From contig CAWAND010000010.1 in assembly GCA_963783335.1 (NCBI GenBank), positions 1,125,476-1,189,475 on the forward strand: DNA of 64,000 nucleotides, given 5' to 3'. Positions 1-8,207 of the stretch are shown piece by piece (the stretch's first letter is position 1; each line of letters starts with the position of its first letter). The translations under genes and the position numbers were made by a program. Source of the stretch: an uncultured Chloroflexia bacterium. GTDB taxonomy: Bacteria; Chloroflexota; Anaerolineae; Anaerolineales; E44-bin32. The notes beneath the pieces were generated by a model. The model made no database searches. It was not told the DNA's origin and saw nothing but the letters and a program-made list of their open reading frames with translations.

Positions 1-326
1 TCGCCGGGGCCTTCCCCGTCTGGCTGTCGCCGATCCAGGTGGAGATGATCCCCATCGCCGACCGGCACTTAAGCTATGCACAAGACGTAGCGGACAAGCT
101 GCGGGCGGAAGGATTCCGGGTGCAGGTCAATGACCGCAGCGAACGCATGAACGCCAAGATTCGCGACGCCCAGAACCAGAAGATCCCCTACATGTTGATC
201 GTCGGCGATCGCGAAGCCGAAGCCGGCGAAGTCTCGGTCCGGCTCCGCACCGAGGAAGACATGGGGGCCATGCCGCTGGCGGCGTTTGTGGCGCAGGCGC
301 AGGAAGCCGTCAGGCTGGGCGACTGA
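1..326 (+). CDS. thrS: threonine--tRNA ligase, C-terminal fragment (5' end outside window)
   Basis: Frame is open from the window edge. AGAFPVWLSPIQVEMIPIADRH...QKIPYMLIVGDREAEAGEVSVR matches the class II ThrRS C-terminal anticodon-binding domain. TGA at 324-326. Confidence 0.85.
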   Translation, partial: AGAFPVWLSPIQVEMIPIADRHLSYAQDVADKLRAEGFRVQVNDRSERMNAKIRDAQNQKIPYMLIVGDREAEAGEVSVRLRTEEDMGAMPLAAFVAQAQEAVRLGD

Positions 327-369
327 GCGGCGGGTTAAATGGGTAAGACGCCGCCGGCCGGGCAGCGAC

Positions 370-375
370 TATAAT
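370..375 (+). promoter_or_regulatory. -10 box TATAAT, 7 nt before ATG 383 (leaderless-type)
   Basis: gactTATAATggtccgcATG read directly. No SD between box and ATG. Confidence 0.4.
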
Positions 376-382
376 GGTCCGC

Positions 383-1051
383 ATGCTTCATTCGGACCGT
401 ATCGTGCGCGGCGTCAGACAGGGCGCCGGGATCATCCTGCTCTTCGGGGCCTGGCTGGCTTTACCCGCTTGGCTTGCACCGGCCGAGGCGGCCGATCCGG
501 GGCCTAGTGCTGGGCGCGGGGCAGACTACGTGTGCACCAGCCGTGTGCAGCTCCGATTTGGGGCGCTCTGTCCCGCCAATGGCCCAGCCAACGTGTTGGC
601 CGCCGATGCGCGCCAGGGTCAAGCACAGGCCATGCCGCTCCCCACGGTGAGCTTGGACCCCAATCTGGGCTTTCTGCCGTTCACCTACCTGCGCCTCAGC
701 AGCGACCATCCCACCCCAACCTACAGTTCGGAAAGCGATGCCCGGGATGGGAAGCACAGCAGCGGTCAGATCGAACCGGGCTTTGACTACATCTCCTACC
801 TCGACTGCAGCATCAAAAACGGCAAAGCGGTCTTTCTGCTGAGTTCGGGCGTGTACATGCGCGGCGGCAGTGACTGCGGACGGATTGCCACATCCGACTT
901 CCACGGCCTGGCGTTCTATCGGACCCCCGAACGACCATTTGGGTGGGTGCTTGGCGGGACATACACATCGCCTGCCCCGGGTGAGACGGAGACGCATACG
1001 CAGGATTGGGTCAACAAGTATCAGGTGATCCAGATCTATGACTTCAGCTGA
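383..1051 (+). CDS. secreted N-terminal part of an L,D-transpeptidase-like protein (probably one gene with 1038..1580, split by a frame disruption)
   Basis: Signal peptide (GAGIILLFGAWLALPAWLAPAEA/AD). Frame ends at TGA 1049-1051, while the next frame is open from 1029 and runs into the YkuD domain. Confidence 0.5.
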   Translation: MLHSDRIVRGVRQGAGIILLFGAWLALPAWLAPAEAADPGPSAGRGADYVCTSRVQLRFGALCPANGPANVLAADARQGQAQAMPLPTVSLDPNLGFLPFTYLRLSSDHPTPTYSSESDARDGKHSSGQIEPGFDYISYLDCSIKNGKAVFLLSSGVYMRGGSDCGRIATSDFHGLAFYRTPERPFGWVLGGTYTSPAPGETETHTQDWVNKYQVIQIYDFS

Positions 1052-1580
1052 AGCCGGCGGCACAACATGGTATGAGATCGCACCGGGCGAGTGGCTGGAG
1101 GCACGCCTGATCGGAAAGGTCGTCCCCGACACGACGCGTCCAGGCAAGGTGGAAGGGGACCGCTGGATTTCGATCAACTTGTTCGAGCAGACCTTGGCGG
1201 TCTATGACCACGGCCAGCTCGTCTTCGCGACCCTGGTGGCCAGCGGTTTGCCCGGATGGTGGACCCGGCCAGGGGATTTCCAGATCACGACCAAGCTGGA
1301 GAAGACCGTCATGAGCGGGGCCTTCGCCGCCGATCGGTCGGACTACTACTACCTGCAGGACGTTCCATGGACGATGTACTTCGACGAGGCCCGGGCGCTG
1401 CACGGCGCCTACTGGCACAACGGCTTCGGCTACCCGCGCTCTCACGGCTGCGTCAATTTGTCACCGGCCGACTCGCACTGGTTGTACGAGTGGGCGGACG
1501 AAGGCACCTGGGTGCATGTCTGGGATCCGAGCGGCAAAACTCCCACGGACCCAGCCGTGTATGGTTCTGGGGGAGCCTGA
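1038..1580 (+). CDS. L,D-transpeptidase catalytic (YkuD) domain protein
   Basis: HGAYWHNGFGYPRSHGCVNLSPADSHWLYEW is the YkuD His/Cys active-site motif. It has no signal peptide of its own. Confidence 0.8.
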   Translation: MTSAEAGGTTWYEIAPGEWLEARLIGKVVPDTTRPGKVEGDRWISINLFEQTLAVYDHGQLVFATLVASGLPGWWTRPGDFQITTKLEKTVMSGAFAADRSDYYYLQDVPWTMYFDEARALHGAYWHNGFGYPRSHGCVNLSPADSHWLYEWADEGTWVHVWDPSGKTPTDPAVYGSGGA

Positions 1581-1600
1581 GTTCAGGATCCAAAGACTGT

Positions 1601-1637
1601 GGGCCCCTGGCGGCGCAACGCCAAGGGCCCTTTTTTT
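1601..1637 (+). terminator. rho-independent terminator after the L,D-transpeptidase
   Basis: GGGCCCCTGGCG-gcgcaa-CGCCAAGGGCCC forms a 12-bp stem with one mismatch, followed by TTTTTTT. Confidence 0.75.
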
Positions 1638-1691
1638 GTTCCCGGAGGGGGGCTTGCTTTTCCTGCCTCGGACGGCCTACACTCGCCGGTG

Positions 1692-3212
1692 ATGAGATCC
1701 CGTCGCTTGAGATTCGCCCAATGGCTGGGTATCTTCATGGCATTGGGTGTGTCCATCCCGCTGGCCGCTGGCCCCTCGGCAGCCGCATCCACGCTGGCCG
1801 GGGTGCCTACGCCGGAGGGTGAGACCACCGGGCCAGATTGGGTCGAAACTCTCGACGGCAACCTGCCGATCATCCTTAGCGTCCCCCACGGGGGCGAGCT
1901 GCGCCCAGCCGGCATCCCTGATCGTGAAGACGCCATCCTGCTGAACGACCCTGGAAGTCTGCAATTCGCGCGCGATCTGGCGCAGGCGCTCAGCGACCTC
2001 ACCGGGCGCCAGCCCTACCTGGTCATCAATCACCTGGCGCGAAGCAAACTCGACCCCAATCGAAGCCTGGGACTGGGTGCCCAAGGCGACCCCTCGGCGT
2101 CAGCGGCCTGGAAGACGTATCACGATGCCCTTGTGCGGGCGGAGCGTATGGCGACCCAAGCGTGTGGCTGGGGAGCGTACTTCGATGTGCACAGCAATGG
2201 ACGGCCCGAACCGCGGGTGGAGTTCGGATACGGGTTGTCGGTGGACGACTTCGACCAATCCGACAAGGCACTTGACGACCGCCAGTATGTCCTGCGATCC
2301 AACATCCGCTCGTTGGGGACATGGGCGACGGAGGATTTCTCGCAGATATTGAGAGGCTCGGCAAGCTTGGGAGGCCTGCTCGAGGCCCACGGCTACAGCG
2401 TGGCACCCTCGCCCCGGAATCCGGTGCCCCAGCGGGACTACTTTGATGGTGGACTCAGTGTCGCACTGCACGGCAGCCGTTCCGGAGGTTCGATCGACTC
2501 TGTGCAGATCGAGGTCCCCTTCGCACAGCTGGACGAGCCCCGTCGTCCCGTCTTGGCCAGGCTCTTGGCCGAGGCAATCGTCACCTGGATGGATCGGACC
2601 TATGGTTTTGACCTTGGATCGGGTGGGCCGATTTGTTCCGGGTTCGCTGATGTCCGGCTGGATGCCCCCGGGGGCGAAGCGGTGGCGGCGCTGAACCAGG
2701 TGGATGGCCTGCCTGCCTGCGGGAACAGCCCTCGCCGGCTCTGCCCGAGCGAGCCCCTGACCCGGGCGCAGGCAGCGCTCGCGGTGTGGCGCCTCCTCGG
2801 TGAGACGGGCATTTCCCGAACCACAGGTGGGGAGAACGCGTACGCGGATCTCCCCCTTGATCCCACGCAGAAGCAGGCGATAGCGGCACTCGCCGGCGAG
2901 GGCTTGCTGCAGGCGTGCGCTGTGGATCCAGTGCGGTACTGCCCTGAGCAGCAGGAGCGACGGTCGGAGGCGGCACTTCTCGGTATGCGGCTGTTGGAAG
3001 GAGCATCCTATGTGCCGCCGCCCCCGCGGGGCCACTTTTCCGACGCCTCGACAGGCCATTGGTCCGCATGGTGGCTGGAGGCGGCCTTTGCAGACGGCCT
3101 GATCAACAGCTGTGGCGGGAAATCAGCTCTTCGCATCTGCCCCCAAGCTCCAATTTCGAGGCAAGAATTCGCCCAGCTGGTCACCATAGCGTTGAGTAAA
3201 CGTGGGCCCTGA
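1692..3212 (+). CDS. secreted N-formylglutamate-amidohydrolase-like domain protein with three C-terminal SLH-like repeats
   Basis: Start moved to ATG 1692 because the upstream part of the ORF is the terminator. Signal peptide MRSRRLRFAQWLGIFMALGVSIPLAAG. SVPHGGE and DVHSNG motifs resemble the FGase fold. Three repeats of F/YxD...G(L/I)...C...P...(T/S)R.E.A resemble SLH domains. Confidence 0.5.
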   Translation: MRSRRLRFAQWLGIFMALGVSIPLAAGPSAAASTLAGVPTPEGETTGPDWVETLDGNLPIILSVPHGGELRPAGIPDREDAILLNDPGSLQFARDLAQALSDLTGRQPYLVINHLARSKLDPNRSLGLGAQGDPSASAAWKTYHDALVRAERMATQACGWGAYFDVHSNGRPEPRVEFGYGLSVDDFDQSDKALDDRQYVLRSNIRSLGTWATEDFSQILRGSASLGGLLEAHGYSVAPSPRNPVPQRDYFDGGLSVALHGSRSGGSIDSVQIEVPFAQLDEPRRPVLARLLAEAIVTWMDRTYGFDLGSGGPICSGFADVRLDAPGGEAVAALNQVDGLPACGNSPRRLCPSEPLTRAQAALAVWRLLGETGISRTTGGENAYADLPLDPTQKQAIAALAGEGLLQACAVDPVRYCPEQQERRSEAALLGMRLLEGASYVPPPPRGHFSDASTGHWSAWWLEAAFADGLINSCGGKSALRICPQAPISRQEFAQLVTIALSKRGP

Positions 3213-3368
3213 GCGCATCCTGGCCACAGGTTATGTGTTGTCAAGAATCAAAGAGGGTACGAGTTTGGTACAAAAGTACCCTGCCGGTGCCCGATCTTGC
3301 GAATCTAGAATTCACGCAGTCTCATTGGACCACAGAATGTGCTATTGACGGGGAGGCAAAAGCGTCTG

Positions 3369-3728
3369 ATGTATGCGGAAAACGAGATCCTCTTCCCACC
3401 GTACGCTGTCCCTCAACTGAAGGATACCCGAGGCGACGTTTGGCGCGACCTCGTCGAACGGGTTACCCGGCTGCCTGAGGATCACCCCGAGAGCCTGGCC
3501 TTTTCCCTGCTCATGATTCGTCTCGATGGCTGTCTCAGCTGCGAGACGGATTCCTATCGCGCCATGCGCGGCTGTGTGGCATGTGCCCAACAAACCCTCC
3601 GCCGCTTCAAGGGCCCCGATGAAGATCTCGTCGAACGTTTCAACAAGGCCCTGAAGGACGTTCAGGTTTTTCTCCAAGTGGACATCCGAGCGCCCGAATT
3701 GGAGACCGTTTCAGCCCAAGCCGCCTGA
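3369..3728 (+). CDS. hypothetical small Cys-rich protein (CxxC-N11-CxxC)
   Basis: ORF with codon bias like its neighbours. CLSCETDSYRAMRGCVAC suggests a Zn or Fe-S site. No family recognised. Start uncertain (3339 or 3369). Confidence 0.45.
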   Translation: MYAENEILFPPYAVPQLKDTRGDVWRDLVERVTRLPEDHPESLAFSLLMIRLDGCLSCETDSYRAMRGCVACAQQTLRRFKGPDEDLVERFNKALKDVQVFLQVDIRAPELETVSAQAA

Positions 3729-3884
3729 TCTTCCCGGCTCCTTGCTCCGCTTCAACTCAAGTCCCGCCCCCTCATTCCACAGGCCTGGCCCAAGCAGGCC
3801 CTGTGGTACACTTTTTGTGCTTACCCTCCCATCCCCTCGAGGGCTCATGCGACTGCCAACCTCATCCATCACGGTGCCCAATCC

Positions 3885-5903
3885 ATGCTGACCCTGCCTG
3901 AGAAGATCGCCTTCCTAGTTCTGGTCTTGCTATCGCTCTATTTCACGGGCCGAGGCGTAGCCCGGATGATCGCTATCATCCGGCGCGGCCGCGGTCGGCC
4001 CGATTGGGGGCTGGCTGCCCGAAGGGCGGTTGATGTCGTCGTCGCCAAGACGATGGCCCTGGCGCCCACATTCAGGGCCAGGCCCCTGACGAGTGTCATC
4101 CATGGCCTTGTGGCATGGGGCTTCATGTTCTATGTCCTGGTCAACATCGGGGATGTGCTGGAAGCGTACATCCCCGGTTTTGTGTTTATGGGCCGGGGAG
4201 GCGTCGGAAACGTCTATCGACTTGGCGCGGATATCTTCAGCGTCTCCGTGCTGGTGGGTATGACGGCGCTGATGATCCGGCGCTATGTGCTCCGACCGAC
4301 GGCGTTGACCCTGGCTGATCGGACGCTGGTTCATCCCAAGGCAAGGGCCGGGATCGCACGCGACTCTGCCATTGTGGGGGCGTTCATTCTGCTCCACGTC
4401 GGAGGGCGGTTTGTCGGGGAAAGCCTTCACCTGACTTCCGTCGGGCCGGACGCCTGGCAGCCTATTGCGTCCGCAGTGGGCGGATGGTGGGCTGGCGCTT
4501 CACCGCTGGCGCTTGAAATCGCCCGCCACACGGCGTGGTGGTTTGCGCTGGGCCTGATCCTGGCATTCCTGCCCTATTTCCCCCACTCAAAGCACATTCA
4601 TCTGTTTATGGCGCCGATCAACTACTTGCTCCGACCCGAGCGCCGCTCGATGGGGGAGCTGGATGCTCTGGATTTCGAGGACGAGAGCATCGAGCAGTTT
4701 GGGGCTGCGCGACTTGAGGATTTGTCGTATTCCTCGCTGATCGATGCCTATGCTTGCATTATGTGCAACCGCTGCCAGGAGGCCTGCCCGGCGTACACAA
4801 CCGGGAAAGTCCTCTCGCCGGCAGCGTTGGAAGTCAACAAGCGCTATTTCATCAACATTGAAGGCGGCCGGCTGGCCAGCGGCGAGGCCAGCGCCCAGAC
4901 CCTGACGGAATTCGCCATCACGCCGGAGGCGGTGTGGGCGTGCACGGCCTGCGGCGCCTGCAACCAGGTTTGCCCGGTGGGCAACGAGCCGATGCGAGAT
5001 ATTCTCGAGATTCGACGCGATTTGGTGCTGATGCAGAATGCATTCCCTGAACAGCTGCAGACGGCCTTCCGTGGGATGGAACGCACCGTCAATCCGTGGA
5101 ACGTGCCGCCGGAGAACCGTCTTGCGTGGGCCGAGGGATTGTCGGTCCCGACGGTGGAAGAAAATCCTGACGCCGAAATCCTGTGGTGGGTTGGGTGTGC
5201 GCCGGCCACCGATCCGCGGGCGCAGAAGACCGCCCAGGCGTTGGCCAAAGTGTTGAACGCCGCCGGGGTTAACTTCGCCGTCCTGGGAGCACGCGAGCAG
5301 TGCACCGGAGATGCCGCCCGACGCGCCGGCAATGAGTATCTGTTCAATGAATTGGCGATGGCCAACGTCGAGTTGCTCAATCAGGTGGCGCCGAAGCGCA
5401 TCTTGACCACATGCCCACACTGCATGCACGTGCTGCAGAATGAATATCCGGCCTTCGGCGGCAACTATCAGGTCATCCATCACACCCAGCTCCTGCAGGA
5501 GCTTCTGGCGGCTGGCAGGCTGAGCCTCAACTCCGCTGACCAAGACATGGGGACGATCACCTTCCACGATCCATGTTACTTGGGCCGTCAGAACGGTGTC
5601 GTCGCAGCGCCGCGGCGTGCGCTGGCCGAGGCCGGGCTGTCGCTGACCGAGATGCCGCGCCACGGCCAGGCATCTTTCTGCTGCGGCGCCGGTGGGTCGC
5701 AGATGTGGAAGGAAGAGGAGGCCGGCACGGCGCGGGTCAGTGAAACGCGTCTTGAGGAAGCCAGGCGTACGGGGGCTGGGACGCTGGCAGTCGGCTGTCC
5801 GTTTTGCATGATTATGCTGGAATCTTCCCAGGAATCCGACACCCAGATGCCAATCCGAGATGTGGTTGAGATCGTGGCCGAGCGTATGGGGTTGGAAAGC
5901 TGA
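3885..5903 (+). CDS. membrane-anchored (Fe-S)-binding oxidoreductase, HdrD/GlpC-like
   Basis: About 6 N-terminal TM helices. Two ferredoxin motifs (CIMCNRCQEACP, CTACGACNQVCP). Two cysteine-rich CCG-type domains (CPHCMHV...DPCYLGR...FCCGAGG...GCPFCMIM). Confidence 0.8.
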   Translation: MLTLPEKIAFLVLVLLSLYFTGRGVARMIAIIRRGRGRPDWGLAARRAVDVVVAKTMALAPTFRARPLTSVIHGLVAWGFMFYVLVNIGDVLEAYIPGFVFMGRGGVGNVYRLGADIFSVSVLVGMTALMIRRYVLRPTALTLADRTLVHPKARAGIARDSAIVGAFILLHVGGRFVGESLHLTSVGPDAWQPIASAVGGWWAGASPLALEIARHTAWWFALGLILAFLPYFPHSKHIHLFMAPINYLLRPERRSMGELDALDFEDESIEQFGAARLEDLSYSSLIDAYACIMCNRCQEACPAYTTGKVLSPAALEVNKRYFINIEGGRLASGEASAQTLTEFAITPEAVWACTACGACNQVCPVGNEPMRDILEIRRDLVLMQNAFPEQLQTAFRGMERTVNPWNVPPENRLAWAEGLSVPTVEENPDAEILWWVGCAPATDPRAQKTAQALAKVLNAAGVNFAVLGAREQCTGDAARRAGNEYLFNELAMANVELLNQVAPKRILTTCPHCMHVLQNEYPAFGGNYQVIHHTQLLQELLAAGRLSLNSADQDMGTITFHDPCYLGRQNGVVAAPRRALAEAGLSLTEMPRHGQASFCCGAGGSQMWKEEEAGTARVSETRLEEARRTGAGTLAVGCPFCMIMLESSQESDTQMPIRDVVEIVAERMGLES

Positions 5904-5912
5904 ACTGCGATT

Positions 5913-5928
5913 TGTGAATTCCTTCACA
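5913..5928. promoter_or_regulatory. TGTGA-N6-TCACA palindrome (CRP/FNR-type site), copy 1
   Basis: tTTGTGAattccTTCACAa. Lies 9 nt after the Fe-S gene stop and 224 nt upstream of the E1-alpha ATG. Confidence 0.5.
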
Positions 5929-6151
5929 ATAGCGTGATCGTGGTGGAAAGACCCCGCCGGATTCAAAGCGGTTAAGATTAGAGATGAAGCCCCACCGTTC
6001 AGCTGCGTCCTTGCCATAAGTATTCGGGGCTGGTTGACGAGGGTGAAAGTAACCACCAAGTGGCCCGGTTCCCCAAGGCCGGCCGGCTGATTCGCCGGGC
6101 CACATGGCTGCAAGACTCACGTGCATGGACAAGCTCGAAGGAGGCTGCAGG

Positions 6152-7159
6152 ATGGCCGTGACGCAGGAGGCGCAATCCGTCTTGAGCAAAGAAACCACGC
6201 TCGAGATGTATTGGACGATGCTGCTGGCGCGTCGGCTGGATGAACGCGCCTGGGTACTGCATCGGCAGGGCAAGATCGCGTTTCATATCTCAGGAATCGG
6301 GCATGAAGCCGCACAGGTGGGCGCCGCCTTCGCCCTGCGGCGGGGCAGCGATTGGTTTGTCCCTTACTATCGGGATTTGGCCCTTTTGCTGGCCCTGGGT
6401 ATGACCCCCAAGGAATTTATGCTGGGCCTGATGGGCAAGAAGGGCGAACCCAATTCGGGCGCTCGACAAATGCCCAGCCATTGGAGCCTTCGCCGGGCGA
6501 ACGTTGTCAGCCATTCATCTCCGGTCTCAACCCAGACCACGCACGCGGCCGGGATCGGCTTGGCCATGAAACTGCGCGGGGATGACGGCGTGGCCATAAC
6601 CTCGGTTGGGGAGGGCGGCACATCGCAGGGTGAATGGTATGAAGGTGTGAACTGGGCCGCTGTCCACAAGCTGCCAGTGATCTTCCTCGTCGAGAACAAC
6701 AACTATGCCATCTCGGTCCGCCGGGAGCTCCAGATGGGGGTAGACAGTGTGGCCGACAAGGCCAAGGGGCTGGGACTTGTCGGAGTGAGCGTAGATGGCC
6801 TGAACGTCCAAGAGGTCTACCGTGTGGTGAGCGAAGCGGCGAAGCGAGCCCGAACCGGAGAGGGCCCAACGCTGGTGGAGGCCCGAGTCAACCGCATGAC
6901 GCCGCATTCATCTGATGACGATGACCGGACCTACCGTTCCAAAGAGGAGCTGGATGTGATGAAGCGGGATGATCCGCTGACCCGCTTCCAAACCCAATTG
7001 ATTGAGGATGGCCTGCTTGATCAGGATCAGGCGGATGCCCTCGATGTGCGGGCCAAGAAGGCGGTTGACGAAGCCACCAAGCATGCCGAGGCGGCGCCCT
7101 ACCCGTCCGACGAAGAAGCCACGTATCCGGTGTATGTCGAGGACGTGCGCCATGACTGA
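6152..7159 (+). CDS. 2-oxoacid dehydrogenase E1 component, alpha subunit (TPP-dependent; PDH/BCKDH type)
   Basis: SD GAAGGAGG at 6137-6144. TPP-binding region GEGGTSQGEWYEGVNWAAVHKLPVIFLVENNNYAIS. Confidence 0.9.
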   Translation: MAVTQEAQSVLSKETTLEMYWTMLLARRLDERAWVLHRQGKIAFHISGIGHEAAQVGAAFALRRGSDWFVPYYRDLALLLALGMTPKEFMLGLMGKKGEPNSGARQMPSHWSLRRANVVSHSSPVSTQTTHAAGIGLAMKLRGDDGVAITSVGEGGTSQGEWYEGVNWAAVHKLPVIFLVENNNYAISVRRELQMGVDSVADKAKGLGLVGVSVDGLNVQEVYRVVSEAAKRARTGEGPTLVEARVNRMTPHSSDDDDRTYRSKEELDVMKRDDPLTRFQTQLIEDGLLDQDQADALDVRAKKAVDEATKHAEAAPYPSDEEATYPVYVEDVRHD

Positions 7160-8138
7160 GATCACGCTGATCGAAGGTCTCCGCCAGGCCATGGACGAAG
7201 AACTTGCCCGCGATGAGGATGTGTTTATCGTGGGCGAGGATGTGGGTCCCCGCGGCGGCGTTTTCCGGGCCACGATGGGCCTGTTTGAGAAGTACGGAGC
7301 AGAGCGGGTGATGGATTCCCCGCTGGCTGAGCTGTCGATTGTGGGCGTTGGGATTGGGGCCGCCCTGTACGGCATGCGCCCAATCTGTGAAATCCAGTTT
7401 GCGGACTTCATCCATCCGGCGTTCAACCAAATCGTGAGCGAAGCCGCCAAAATGTGCTACCGCTCCAACGGCGATTGGACGGTGCCGATGGTCATCCGCG
7501 CCCCGTACGGGGGCGGTATCGGCGGTGGTCTGTACCACTCGCAGTCGGTGGAATCTTTCTTCGCCCATGTCCCAGGGCTGAAGGTCGTCATCCCGTCCAC
7601 GCCCTACGACGCCAAGGGATTGCTGAAATCGGCCGTCCGAGATCCCAATCCGGTGATGGTGTTTGAGCCCAAAAAGGGCTACCGACTGATCAAAGGTGTT
7701 GTGCCCGAGGATGAGGAAGTTCTCGTGCCGCTTGGGAAGGCCAAGGTGACGCGGGAAGGCACCGATCTGAGCGTCTTCGCCTATGGGATGATGCACCACT
7801 ATTGTCTGGAGGCAGCCGAGACCCTGGCCGGAGAAGGGGTTCAGGTCGAGGTGGTGGACCTGCGCAGCTTGCTTCCGCTGGACAAGGCAGCCGTCCTGGG
7901 GTCGGTTCGCAAGACCGGCAAGGCGCTGGTGGTGTACGAGGACAATTTGACATGCGGCTACGGCGCCGAAATTGCGGCCATCGTGGCCGATGAGGGTTTC
8001 ACCTTTCTGGATGCGCCGGTGAAACGGTTGGCCGGACCAGATGTGCCGGCCATGCCATACAGCCATCCGCTGCAGGATTGGTTCATGCTCAATCCGGATA
8101 AGATCGCGGCTGCCATGCGCGATTTGGCAGCCTATTGA
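7152..8138 (+). CDS. 2-oxoacid dehydrogenase E1 component, beta subunit
   Basis: 8-nt overlap with the alpha subunit. Transketolase-like pyrimidine-binding domain (VMDSPLAELSIVGVGIGAALYGMRPI). Confidence 0.9.
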   Translation: MTEITLIEGLRQAMDEELARDEDVFIVGEDVGPRGGVFRATMGLFEKYGAERVMDSPLAELSIVGVGIGAALYGMRPICEIQFADFIHPAFNQIVSEAAKMCYRSNGDWTVPMVIRAPYGGGIGGGLYHSQSVESFFAHVPGLKVVIPSTPYDAKGLLKSAVRDPNPVMVFEPKKGYRLIKGVVPEDEEVLVPLGKAKVTREGTDLSVFAYGMMHHYCLEAAETLAGEGVQVEVVDLRSLLPLDKAAVLGSVRKTGKALVVYEDNLTCGYGAEIAAIVADEGFTFLDAPVKRLAGPDVPAMPYSHPLQDWFMLNPDKIAAAMRDLAAY

Positions 8139-8207
8139 GCCGGATCTGTGGACGGCTGGCGCGTAGGCTCGGCGAAGGCGATCGGAAGCTAGGAGGCACC
8201 ACTCAAG

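Noticed and set aside
1599-1691. Upstream part of ORF 1599-3212 (MGPWRRNAKGPFFVPGG...)
   Set aside because: This segment is the stem and T-tract of the terminator at 1601-1637. A signal peptide begins at ATG 1692.
3254-3282. Inverted repeat AGGGTAC...GTACCCT with nested GGTAC-aaaa-GTACC
   Set aside because: There is no T-tract and no recurrence elsewhere in the window. It could be a weak terminator for the upstream SLH protein gene, but support is insufficient.
3777-3816. Imperfect hairpin CCACAGGCC...GGCCCTGTGG followed by CTTTTTG, which also contains a TGGTACACT extended -10-like box
   Set aside because: It is ambiguous between a terminator for the small Cys-rich gene and a promoter for the Fe-S gene. 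I cannot decide from sequence alone, so it is not listed as a feature.
4587-6113. 508-aa ORF on the minus strand
   Set aside because: It is entirely antisense to the well-supported Fe-S oxidoreductase gene. It is Arg/Pro/Gly-rich with no motifs, which is typical of a shadow ORF in GC-rich DNA.
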